Origin: Eledone cirrhosa
Lineage: Eukaryota
Length of the DNA: 64,000 nucleotides
Direction of reading: 5' to 3'
Assembly (NCBI GenBank): GCA_964016885.1
Contig: OZ024740.1
Coordinates: 204,476,001-204,540,000, forward strand
Part shown: positions 41,821 through 54,200 of the stretch, in pieces
Layout: each line of letters opens with the position of its first letter
How positions within the stretch are numbered: position 1 is the stretch's first letter
Translations under genes and position numbers: made by a program
The notes under the pieces: generated by a model
Database searches by the model: none
Told to the model about the DNA's origin: nothing
The model's input: the letters and a program-made list of their open reading frames with translations, nothing else

Positions 41821-42707
41821 GAGGTGTGTCAGAAAAGTTCCAGGACTGATGTCACAAAAGATTTATTTCAAACCCAAACTTCACACTAAGAGTTTTCTCC
41901 TTCAAAGTAATCCCCCTGGAGTATGTAACTGTAATCTTAGCTCTCTGCAGCGATCAAACTTTTTTCTTCATAATTTTATATACATGTCCTCTGTTTCAGG
42001 TCGTCTTGAAGTTTCTGGTACGGTTGGGGAAAATTCCGTCAGAAGCACTGGGATTGCTGCAGCAAGTGTATGGAGATGAGACGATGTCGCGCTCACGTGT
42101 TTTTGAGTGGTGCAAGAGGTTTAAAGAAGGATGCGAGAACGTGGAAGATGACCCCAGGAGCGGAAGGCCCTCAACAACCAGGACTGAGGTCAACGTTGAG
42201 TGCATCAGGCAGATGGTGCATAGCGATCGTCGGCTGACTGTTCGACTGATGGCAAATGAGCTGGGCATGAATCGGGACAGCGTCTGGAAGATTCTCATTG
42301 AAGATTTGGACATGCGGAAAGTCTGTGCGAAGATGGTACCAAACCTGCTGAACGATGACCAGAAGGGTCGATGCATGCAAGTGTGCCAGGACATCCTCGA
42401 GCGTCTTGAAACCGAACCAGACTTGCTAGGGACAGTCATCACCGGTGATGAGTCATGAATCTTCGAGTACAACCCAGAGGGGACCTGTTTTGAAGACGTG
42501 GACGACATCAAAAAGGCCGTGACGACGGAACTGCGGAGGATCCCGGAAGAATCCTTCCAGGAGTGCTTGCAAGCGTGGCAAAAAAGGATGGAAAAGTGCA
42601 TTAGACTCCAGGGAGATTACTTTGAATGAGAAAACTCTTAGTGTGAAGTTTGGGTTTGAAATAAATCTTTTGTGACATCAGTCCTGGAACTTTTCTGACA
42701 CACCTCG
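41820..42707 (+). mobile_element. Internally deleted mariner transposon
   Basis: About 100-bp TIRs starting CGAGGTGTGTCAGAAAAGTTCC, TA flanks. HTH region VFEWCKRFKEG..DDPRSGRP, ITGDES, then a jump to C-terminal KCIRLQGDYFE. Confidence 0.95.
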
Positions 42708-42727
42708 TATATATATATATATATATA

Positions 42728-42793
42728 TCATCATCATCATCATCATCAACGTTTAACGTCCGTGTTCCACGCTTGCATGGGTTTGGACGGGGG
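42728..42793 (-). mobile_element. Extremely 5'-truncated RTE tail
   Basis: Reverse complement of RTE terminus CCCCGTCCAAACCCATGCAAGCGTGGAACACGGACGTTAAACGTT(GAT)n. Confidence 0.85.
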
Positions 42794-43252
42794 CTGGAGA
42801 ATGAGTTCTTGTTAACTATGTTGGTGGTTGTGTTTCTTCACAGAACAAAGTTGTTTTTTGGGAGACAAAGGAAACATCCTGTAAATATGTGTGTGTGTAT
42901 CTGATTGTGTTAATTGACTGGTCAAGAGTTAAAAAAGGGATGGGGAATTGTAATCTAGAGGTAAATTCTATGGCAGCAGTAGGGCTGTACAAGAAATTCT
43001 ATTATTGGAATATGGTTTTAGGGAGTGTGTGTATATATATAGTGTGAGGGTGTATATATAACAATACACACGTGTGTGTGTGTTTTCAGCCTGTCTGTCA
43101 CAGATTCCTTTAGCAATACACACATGTGGGGGGGAGGGGGTCAGTCTGTCTGTCACAGGTCCCTTTGTGTGGAAAATTAAAAATAATTTTCAAAAAATTC
43201 AGAAAATTCTCAAAAACTAAAAATTCCTAGAATTTAAAAGGTGTCATGATAA

Positions 43253-44150
43253 AGTCACTAACTAACATCTAGTAATCACTAATTAACATCTGGTATTCAC
43301 TAACATATGGTAGTCACTAACTAACATCTGGTAGTCACTAACTAACATCTAGTAATCACTAATTAACATCTGGTATTCACTAACATCTGGTAGTCACTAA
43401 CTAACATCTGGTAGTCACTAACTAACATCTAGTAATCACTAATTAACATCTGGTATTCACTAACATCTGGTAGTCACTAACTAATAGCTGGTAGTCACTA
43501 ACTAACAGCTGGTAGTCACTAACTAACAGCTGGTAATCACTAATTAACATCTGGTATTCACTAACATCTGGTAGTCACTAACTAACATCTGGTAGTCACT
43601 AACTAACAGCTATGAATCAATAATTAACATCTGGTATTCACTAACATCTGGTAGTCACTAACTAACATCTGGTAGTCACTAACTAACATCTAGTAATCAC
43701 TAATTAACATCTGGTATTCACTAACATCTGGTAGTCACTAACTAACAGCTGGTAGTCACTAACTAACAGCTGGTAATCACTAATTAACATCTGATATTCA
43801 CTAACATCTGGTAGTCACTAACTAACAGCTGGTAGTCACTAACTAACAGCTGTTATTTACTAACATCTGGTAGTCACTAACTAACAGCTGGTATTCACTA
43901 ACATCTGGTAGTCACTAACTAACAGCTGGTATTCACTAACTAACAGCTGGTAGTCACTAATTAATTAACATCTGGTAGTCACTAATTAATTAACATCTGG
44001 TAGTTACTAATTAATTAACATCTGGTAGTCACTAATTAATTAACATCTGGTAGTCACTAATTAATTAACATCTGGTAGTCACTAATTAATTAACATCTGG
44101 GAATCACTAATTATTTAATAGCTGGTAGTCACTAATCAACATCTGGTTGC
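43253..44150. repeat. Minisatellite of 17/21/25-bp units (CTAACATCTGGTAGTCACTAA)
   Basis: Direct inspection. 80-bp higher-order period in the first half. Confidence 0.95.
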
Positions 44151-44584
44151 TACTGTTGTCCATTGGCTCCAACAATTAGTATTCCAGTTGTTCAATCAAC
44201 AGAACAACTTGCTCTTGAAATTACCATACAAGTGACTGAGCATTCCACAGACACAACATCTAGTAGTTACTAAATATACAACAATGAGTAACCTCTGATT
44301 CATAGAAGAAAATATTTTTAGAAAGAGTTCATCAGGTTTGAATATTTTAGCAGTCCCAATCAGTATCTATTGAGACCAGAGATGTGAACAGTAGTTAATT
44401 GAATGTATGTATGGTCCTGGAGTTGTCATGACATATGGTATGTTTTGTGCAATTTAAACCAGAGCCCATCTCCTCTCCACGTCTGAACAGTCAATTTGTT
44501 ACAGAGAAAGCGAGAGAAAGTAAGAAAGAGAGTGAGAAGGTGAGAGAGGAAGTGAGAGAGGAAGTAAGAAAGAGATATACAGGA

Positions 44585-44730
44585 AGAATTGATTCCACTA
44601 CTGGTACTTTCTTTTTTATCAACCTTGAAAGGATGAAAAGTAAAGTTGACCTTGGTGAGATTTGAACTCAGAGAGCCGGAACAAATATTGCAAAATATTC
44701 TATCCAGACTCTTAATTCGTCACCTTAGAG
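44585..44730 (-). mobile_element. SINE fragment
   Basis: Reverse complement of GAGTTCAAAT..GGTCAACTTTACTTTTCATCCTTTC core. Confidence 0.6.
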
Positions 44731-47334
44731 TTAATTGAATACTTGAGAGAAAAGTTACAAATCTATCTGGTCAAATGTAGGTTTAACCTTTTCCTTACCA
44801 TATTTCTAATGATATTCAAATCATATTGAAAATATTAATTTGAAGGAATGTAATAATATAACTTTCTCATTATTAAGCTGGTATCTGAAGTATAGTTTAA
44901 CTCATAAATTTAAAGTAAAGCTTTGCAAAACGTTGCTTACATTAACAATAGGTTTGAGGGGATTCTCACAATTTTTCTTTTTTGTGCACTCAGTGTGTTA
45001 AGTCATTACATCATATAAGATGCAATTTTAGCCATTCAAAAAACACAAAAACTGTTAAATTAGCTTTTACATTTATTATTAATTTCCAGGTGTCAGAATG
45101 TTCATCACACTGCTGCAGTAGAACTGTCTAGTAACTGGTTGCAAACAGTGCAATAAAAACACAAAGAAAACTAACTCTTCTGATATCAGACTGCCTAAAA
45201 CCGTTCCTGGTTCTACAATACAAAACTGTTTGATTTGTGTTCATATTCATCTTTACTTCCACCATAATTTTATGTAAGAACCTTTGTTAAGCTATACTCT
45301 AAACACCTGCTTAATAATGAGAAAGTTATTTATATTACTAAATTCCTCAAAATCCTTATTTTCAAAGTGAACCTTTCATTACAAATATGACACCAAAATG
45401 ATTAAAGTGTTTATATTGACCTCACGATTATGAGTCCAACACTAAGCCATATGCCTTCACTCAGAAAAATATACTTTGCAACAATACAAAGCTGTGAACA
45501 TTTGAAATTATCCACATCAATACACTTCATCTAGAACATTCCAACTTTCCTCACACTTAAACTTTTTGATATTAACCTACTTGAAACTGTTCTTGGATTT
45601 ATGATACTAAGCTTTTTGTTTTGAAGTATTTATATTTATTTAAAATTCTTCCAACATAATTTTATGTAAAAACCTTCAAACTATGTTCCAAACCCCAGCT
45701 TTTGTTATTAAATCCTTGAATATTTTCAAAAATGATTTGAAAATACTTTGAAATATGGCTGACATTTCATATCCTGCTTGGGTCTATGTTTATTATCATC
45801 ATCATCATCGTTTAACGTCTAGCTTCCACGCTAGCATGGGTTTATATTTATTTAAAAACATTCCATCATAATTCTGTATAAGAACCTTTGTTAAGTTATG
45901 CTTTAAATACCAGCTTAATAATGAAAAAGTTAGTTAAATTACTAAACCACTCCAAATTCTTTATTTTTAAAATCATTTGAAAATTAGAAACAGGGTGTTT
46001 CATTAGAAATATGGTATCAAAACGGTTAACAAGATAGGGATGTTTGTTGAAGTGTAGAAGGCTTATGCCACATTATACAATATGATAGGAACAATTAGAT
46101 ATAGATCAACTCCCAAGATACAATTCACAAAGACAAATATTTTTAAATATTTGATTACAATGGCAGACATTCTAAATATGTTATACAATAAGCCAGTGGA
46201 TGTCAAACGTATTTTGAGGTGGACTGAATTGGAATCATGATTATCATCTACCATACATTCTCCCTACTAGCAAGGGTTGGACAGGTTTTCATAGACCAAT
46301 TCAGTACTTAATTGAAGCTACTGACCTCTCAAACAAGCCAGGACCTCATTTTGCTTACATATGTTCTCGCGCTCTACAAAGTGCTCTGAATATATTATTT
46401 TGGCACCAGCACTAGAGGATTATTATATCTTTAACACTGAAGAGTCCTTCCAACCCTTTATTTGGCAAAATGTTTACAACTGGATGCTCTTCTTATCACC
46501 AACCACTTTACAGAGGGTATTGGGTGTATTTTATTGTCTCACCAACACATGAGAGGGTGTAAGTCCTCTCAACCCCTTTGTTATGTCTTGTGCACTGAAT
46601 TGGAAATATATATTACAGCCAAAGTGAATAATAAATGAAACTATGATTATACATGGTTATGGAAACAGCCCGTTTTTCAATTACTCTAATGATTTCCATT
46701 ATAATTGCTTTCATACCGTAACAATTATGTCAATAAAAATATTTCTTTTGCTAAATCACAGCAGAGTGAGAAATACAACACAGAATAATACCTATAAATG
46801 AATTACAAAATTGAAAACAGGGACTGAGTTAACTAAAGACTGATTAGGTAAACAATATATTAACATAGTCACAAGTATATTGAGATTCCTGGAAGGTTCA
46901 GAAGGAACCTAGATAAAATCCCAGGAATGGTTATCAATAGTTCTAAAATTAAGCCCATGAACTGCTCAGGTTCATTATTGGATATATTAGTTTCTGATCA
47001 TATAATTAGAACTGGAGATATGTGTATTAAAAGAATAATAAAGGTGGCAAATTGTAGCATTTGTTCACATCTTTTTATTTATGACAATTTTTTGGACCTA
47101 GCCTGTTGTATATTGCTCTTTCTGTTCACTTTACTGAATCCAACAGGAAACCACATGATAGAATAAAATGAAATGAAGAGAAGCAGGAGGAATATGTTTT
47201 CAATGCACAATAATATTGGAGTTAAATAGAAAAACACTTTTTATGAATGAAATTTATTACCAGAAATTACTTTTTCTAGATCTCTCGACTCACATGGTGT
47301 AAGCTTATGTTGTTCTTTGAACAGAACTATCGTG

Positions 47335-47800
47335 ATCACATTTATGGCCTTAGCCATCCAATGAGCCTGGTAGTAAGCTCCTGGGACCAAGAAGAAGAAC
47401 TTGGGGAGATGGCCAGCCACTAAGATAAAGAAGGAAGAGTCTTCTCAGGGATGATCTCCATAAAGTAGTACAGTCAGTAGATATTCAACCATCTCCTCCC
47501 TCTTTTGCTTGAAAAATATTTCATGGGATCATCATCGACCAGAATAGTTTGATAATAAGACTTATCAATGGAGTCCCAACATTCCTGGAACTTTTTGAAC
47601 ATTGGGATACCAGGACCAGATGATGGGAAAATTATCTCAAAGACTTTCTTCAAAACCAGTTCAAGAATGTGATGGCAGTAAGCCAGCCACATGAGGGATT
47701 TTTTCAGAGCTGCTTCAATTTTTGTATTGGCTCCTTGGTCCATGCTGGTGATACAGGTGGTGGTGTCAAAGGACATACCAATTGTTCTATCCTCAGTTTT
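47335..47800 (-). pseudogene. Decayed DDE transposase, hAT-like (probably hATm-type)
   Basis: MSFDTT..WLAYCHHILELVL..SSGP.IPMFKKFQ..W, and downstream PGAY..A.WMAKAI. Confidence 0.65.
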
Positions 47801-48849
47801 GAGTCGTTAATTTCCTTATGACTGCAATTCTCTGGTTATAACCAAAGAGATAGGATCAGAGTGTACAAAGAAATCATGGATAATTTCACAACCATTATGG
47901 AGAATGATGTGAATGGGATTTGTCCACTAGAGCAAATCAGGGAATACCATAGAAAGGACTAAGAAGAAGATAGGGAAAGCCAACTCATGGTATGACTGCC
48001 AAAAATACCAGTGTCATGTTCATTGATGTTACCCCTAGAGGTGAACTAGCATATCATTTTAGAAGAGCTTTAGGTAAAATGAACCTAAGGATTAGGGAAG
48101 TAGAAAAACCAGGAGCTCCCATAAATTCATGAATCAGTAGGACATACCCTTTTAGGAAAACCCCCTGTACTGATAGAAACTGTATAGTCTGTAAGATAAG
48201 CCTGCAGATAAACTGCAAAATTAGAAATGTAGTCTATAGGATAAGATGTAGAGAGGGATGATGCAGAAACAAAACAATGACATAGGAAAGACAGCCTGTA
48301 GTATATGAGAGAAATTAAAGGAACACTGGTAAGAACTAAAGAAGGAGAAAAGCTCATCAGTGCTATAGCAACATGCCAAACTAGAACATGAGGGCTCAGT
48401 AGATAAAGATCTTATCCACACATAGAACTGATGCAACACCCAAACAAATCACGGAGACCACACACACAATCGAAGATTGACCTAGCCTGAACAGAAAACA
48501 TGAATGGAATTGTAACAACCTGTAACTTAACAACTGGAGATATGGGAGGAAAAAATACAAACAGCAAGAAATGTAAACCCACACACACACACATAAAACA
48601 TACATAGACATGACAAACACAAAACACACACTGGTGAAGGCACAGGCACAAACATCTGCAGGCATGAATCACACGCACCATAAAACAGAAGACAAGTTGG
48701 AGTAGAAGTTTAATTTGAATCCCTGTGACTCATAGTGTAAAGTCGAGTAGAGAGAGGGATCCAGTTTGTGGGCAATGTATACAAACAAATCTCAGGACTT
48801 CCAATGGGATCAAGTCTCTCAGGCCTGCTAGCCATCACATATATAGACT

Positions 48850-49700
48850 AGTTGGAGCGCACAGTACTCACCACCTGCCACTCTTGCTCCTTCTTTTCCA
48901 GATATGTAGATGACATCCTTAGGCTCACTTCATCATGTGAAGAAACCAAGAAGATCTACATCTTTGAAAACATTGATGCACACATAAAATTTGAGGCTGA
49001 ACATCTAGACACCACTGGAAGTTCAGCCTCAAGTTTTATGCACGCATCTCTATTCGACTTCACACTAGGAGTCACAGAGGAGGAATCCATATACACCAAA
49101 TTTTACAAGAAGGATGCCTGTGTACACAGTTTTGTACACCACAACTCCATCCTCCCCTACAAAGCCAAAATGGTCTATATATAGAATGTGATCTCCCAAA
49201 TAAGCAACAGATGCAGCTAGGGTAGCAACAAACAACAACACGGTGGAATTGCAAAGAGTTCTCACTGAAAACAGCTACCCTACTTCTCTCACCAAACACC
49301 AAAATGCCACATTTCAATGAGAAGATGATAGCTGCCATCAGACAAGCCATCTGTAGGGAGGGACTCAATATACGGCTGGCACATTTGGGACTCTCATTGA
49401 GGAGACTGCTCCACAGACACCAACCCACATACAGTGCTATACACACACTTCCTAATTGTCCCGTCGACAACACAGAAGGGTCTATGAGAGCTTATGTGGT
49501 CTATAAGATCACATGCAAAAAATGTAGCTCCTCTTACATCAGAAGTAAGATAAGGATGCTACGCATACAGATCAAGGAGCAAATGACAATGAGAGCCTCT
49601 TCTGTCAAAAAACATCTTGAGAGATGACACAACCAAGACATTGAGGTTACCATAGAGGCGAGTGAAAGAATATGGGAAAGTTATGAATTAAGGAAGCCAT
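48850..49700 (+). pseudogene. Decayed Penelope-like RT thumb + GIY-YIG
   Basis: FFSRYVDDIL, HIKFEAE, VVYKITCKKCSSSYI..RIQIKEQ. Confidence 0.75.
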
Positions 49701-50836
49701 TTTTGTTCTTTACCCACCGGTCATCCTCCATGCACATCACATGTCCATACCAACGCACTCTTCTCTCCCACACACTACAACTTATCCCTCTTATACACAG
49801 TTTCTCTCATATATATACATATATACATATATACATATATACATATATATATATACATCATCATCATCATCATTTTACGTCCGCTTTTCCCTGCTTGCAA
49901 GGGTTGGACGGGTCCTATTCAGCACAACATCTCTCCACTTGTCACGGTCCTTCGTCATCTCCTCAGGTCTGCTCTCACCACCTCCACCCATGTTTTTTGT
50001 GGTCTACCTCTACTGCGTCTTCCCTCCACTGGGACTTCCTGGCATTTCTTCACCCATCGGCCATACTCCATGCGCATCATATGTCCATACCATCTCAGCC
50101 TTCTCTCCTGCACACCACAACTTATCCCTCTTATACCCAGTTTCTTTCTCAACTCGTCTATGCCTGGTCGTTCACACACATTGACATTGCACATCCAACG
50201 GAGCATACTTGCTTCATTTCTCTCCAGCCGTCGCATATCCTCTGCAGTTGCTGCCCATGTCTCACTACCATGCAGCATCGTGCATCTCACACAGGCATCA
50301 TATAACCGTCCTTTCGTATGCAGGGAGAAACACTGCTTTGTCAACAGAGGAAGCAGCTCCCTAAACTTCTTCCAACCCGTCCTTATTCTAGATACTATGG
50401 CCTCGGAACACCCCCCCCCTCCCATGCTAATCTGATCACCTAGGTACCAGAAGCTATCAACCACTTCTATAGAACCCACCTGCATTGGAAAAATCAGTCT
50501 ATCACAGCGATTACTACTGCCAACTTTCCCTGTACATCTACTGCATACGTAGTTTTCCCTACCTGTTAGTTTGCCTGCTATCCCACTACATCTCTTGTGT
50601 ACCCAAGATCTGCATTGCATACATTTTATGGAATTTATGCCAGTTCCTTTCCTACATATCGAACATGGCCATTTCCCTGATGGAATCAGAGTATTGTCCT
50701 CTCTTCTACTTATCAACACTTTTGTTTTAGCTATGTTAACTCTCAGGCCTCTTGATTCCAACTGCTGTTTCCATAGCCAGATTTATTCTCTAGCTCCTCT
50801 ACTGATTCTGCTATAAGAACCAGATCATCAGCATAT
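49700..50836 (-). mobile_element. 5'-truncated RTE LINE (divergent subfamily) plus adjacent short RTE fragment
   Basis: Begins at YADDLVLIAE. ORF 49955-50761 has a PHD-like cluster and RRLRWYGH. (GAT)n tail at about 49856-49872. A related fragment lies at 49700-49810. Confidence 0.92.
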
Positions 50837-50860
50837 ATATATATAGGAAAAGAATCAGAA

Positions 50861-50954
50861 CCTCCGACGGCAGAGCTCAAGCCGTTTCGACAGCTATTTC
50901 TGGACTAAATTAAATTTTTAGCGTGGTGTTGATATAGCCGATCTCTTCAAGGGG
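50861..50954 (-). ncRNA. Type I hammerhead ribozyme, UUGAAGA core variant
   Basis: Minus: CCCC-TTGAAGA-GAtCGGCTAT..ATAGCTGTC-GAAA-CGGC ttgagctct GCCG-TC-GGAGG. Stems II and III strong, stem I short. Confidence 0.7.
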
Positions 50955-51169
50955 TAATTCCATATATGGGCATGCGATAGTCAGGCATTTCTGAAGGTTG
51001 TAGTTATCATAAGGAGTGGTCGAAGTTCTTTGTGAACACAGTTAAATCTTTTATGGCGGCAGGGGGGGGGGGGGGGGGGGGGCTGAACTTTACAGTGTGG
51101 TCTGGGTGCTTTTTTATCATGACACCTCCACGACCATTTTGCAGTGGTAGGGAATGGGGCATATATATA

Positions 51170-51234
<65 letters not shown>

Positions 51235-51236
51235 AT

Positions 51237-54200
51237 GAATGCGAGCACTCCTCTTTGTTTCGTCCGCGGATGGCTAACATAACCCTATCTCCCCCCGCCA
51301 CCCACCACCCCCCACCCTCCAAACGCAACCCAAAACTTCAGAGTTGGTACCATAAATGTAGGCACCCTAAAGGGTCGCGCTAACGAAGTTGTAGAAATGC
51401 TTGAACGTAAGGAGGTCGATGTTTGTTGTATTCAAGAGACCAGGTGGAGGGGTGGGTCTGCTAGATTCATTGAGGGTAAAAAACGATGTTATAAGCTTTT
51501 CTGGGTGGGAAACGACGATGGGCTGGGTGGAGTAGGAATCATGGTAGCAGAAAAGTGGGCAGATAAGATAATAGACGTAAAAAGAGTGAACGACAGAATA
51601 ATTAAAATACGACTTGTCCTCAATAGAACTACGGTGACAGTAATATCTGCGTACGCACTCTAATCCGGACTGCCCGGCACTATAAAAGACAGATTCTATG
51701 AGACACTGTTGCTAACTACCTCCCAAATATCTGACAGTGACTATATAATTATTGCAGGCGACCTAAATAGTCACGTTGGACAACATTGTGACGGCTACGA
51801 CGAAATCCATGGAGGCTATGGGTTTGGTACTAGAAATGAGGAAAGCTCCAGAATCCTGGAATTCTGTGATGCAAATAACCTAACTATCTGTAACACTAAC
51901 TTCAAAAAACGTGACAATCACCTGATCACCTATAGATCCGGGGAACACACAAGCCAGGTAGATTATATCCTTACCAGAAGACGTGACAGAGTGTCTGTTG
52001 TAAACACTAAATCCCTCCCCCATGAAGAATGCACCTCCCAACATAGACTGATAATTAGCGACCTCATAGTCAGGACGAGACGTACTCGACAGCAGAAGAG
52101 GACTATCCTCAGGAGGAAAATATGGAAGCTAAAGGACCCCACAGCCAGAAATAAATTTCAAAGCATATTACTTGATGCTTTCGACAGTAAGGAAGAGCAT
52201 CTAGAATCGGACAATATAGAGGGACAGTGGGAATTTCTGAAAGCAAACCTGCTGTTGGCGACAGACGAAGTCTGTGGCTGGAGCAGGCCTGTAGGCAGGA
52301 GGAGAGTAACATGGTGGTGGAACAGTAAGGTGGAGGGGTCAATTAAGGCCAAAAAGCAGGCTTGGAAAGTATGGCGGGATGGGGGAAGTAGAGTAGACTA
52401 TCAAGTGGCCAGGAGGGAAGCTAGGAGAGAAGTGTACTTAGCAAGAAGGGAAGCTGAGGAAAGAAAGTTCAAGCATGTTCTACAACGCGATGACCAAAAA
52501 CGTGAGGTGTTCAGGATTGCTAGGCAATGCGTCAAGGAAAACCGTGATATTGTCGGGGAGAAGTGTGTACTTAACGATGATGGCATACTTGCCATCACCG
52601 ACACTGATAAGAAGGTAGCTTGGAAGTGTCACTATGAAAGGCTACTAAATGAGGAGAATAAATGGGAGAAAGACAGTCTTCCCCATATCGACCCAATAGA
52701 GGGACCAGCAGTGTTAGTCGAGGGGAGTATAATAAGTAAGGCAATCAAGGATATGAAGACGGGTAAGGCGGCTGGGCCTTCGGAAATAGTTGCTGAGATG
52801 CTGAAGGCATCTGGCACGGTGGGACACACCATGGTCACCCGCATAGTTAACCAAGTCGTACAGAATGGGGTTGTTCCGAAGGACTGGCATAGCAGCATCA
52901 TCGTTAACTGTTATAAGGGTAAAGGAGACGCCCTAGATAGGAGTAACTATAGAGGCATTAAATTAATCGACCAGGTCATGAAGGTCACGGAAAAAGTAAT
53001 AGCGCAACTAATCAGAGAGAGAATTGACCTAGATGAAATGCAGTTCGGGTTTGTGTCAGGCAAAAGCACCACAGACGCTCTTTTCATAGTACGACAACTA
53101 CAGGAGAAGTACCTAGCTAAAGGTAAACCCCTCTACTTAGCTTTTGTCGACCTGGAGAAAGCCTTCGACAGAGTCCCCCGCTCCATTATCTGGTGGGCTC
53201 TTAGAAAACTAGGCGTTGACGAATGGCTTGTGAGGGCTATACAAGCCATGTATAAAGAAACAGTCAGCAAGGTTAGAATTAACAACGAATATAGTGAAGA
53301 GTTTAGCGTAAAAGTTGGCGTCCATCAGGGCTCTGTTCTCAGCCCCCTACTATTTATTATTGCCCTTCAGGCTATAACAGAGGAGTTCAAGACAGGCTGC
53401 CCATGGGAACTCCTATACGCAGACGACCTGACACTCATAGCGGAATCAATGGCCGAGCTAGAGAAGAAATTCCAAACATGGAAGCACGGCCTAGAGTCAA
53501 AAGGACTTAAAATTAACCTGGCTAAGACCAAAGTCCTAGTTTGTAGGAAAGAAAACAAGGCGGCGGTCCCTTCTGGGAAATGGTCGTGCTCGGTGTGTAG
53601 GAAAGGCGTAGGTAGAAACTCCATTTTATGTCCTAAATGCAAAGTATGGGTGCATAAAAGATGTAGTGGGATCACAGGTAAGCTAACTAAGAACATAGAT
53701 TTTACATGTGGCCGGTGTTCTGGTGCAATAAGTAGCAGCAAGTGCCCACAAAATACTAGCTCTTTCAATTGCGCAGAGGGTTCTATAGAAATAGTGGACA
53801 GCTTCCGTTACCTGGGCGATAAAATCAGCAGTGGGGGAGGGTGCTCTGAAAGTACTGTAGCTAGAGTCAGAACTGGTTGGAAAAAGTTCAGAGAGCTTAT
53901 ACCACTATTAGCTGCTAAAGGGTTCTCCCTAAAAATGAAAGGCAGGTTGTACGATGCCTGCATACGAACAGCAATGTTGCATGGCAGTGAGACCTGGGCA
54001 TTGTGTGCAGAGGATATACGCAGACTAGAGAGGAACGAAGCTTGCATGCTCCGCTGGATGTGTAACAGTAATATACGTGAACGGCAAAGCATAAACGAAC
54101 TAAGGAAAAAATTAGAGATAAGAGGGATCAGATGTTGTTTACTCGAGAGAAGGCTACGTTGGTATGGACACGTGATGCGCATGAAAGTCGATAGCTGTAT

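Noticed and set aside
41200-44150. Regularly spaced repeats as possible CRISPR arrays
   Set aside because: Units are contiguous without unique spacers, the context is eukaryotic and there are no cas genes.
43253-44150. Minus-strand YQMLVSD peptide repeat in the minisatellite
   Set aside because: 17- and 25-bp units shift the frame and stops occur.
44750-47300. AT-rich region as possible host exons
   Set aside because: Only short ORFs without motifs, and it looks like old repeat debris. Small exons cannot be excluded without RNA data.
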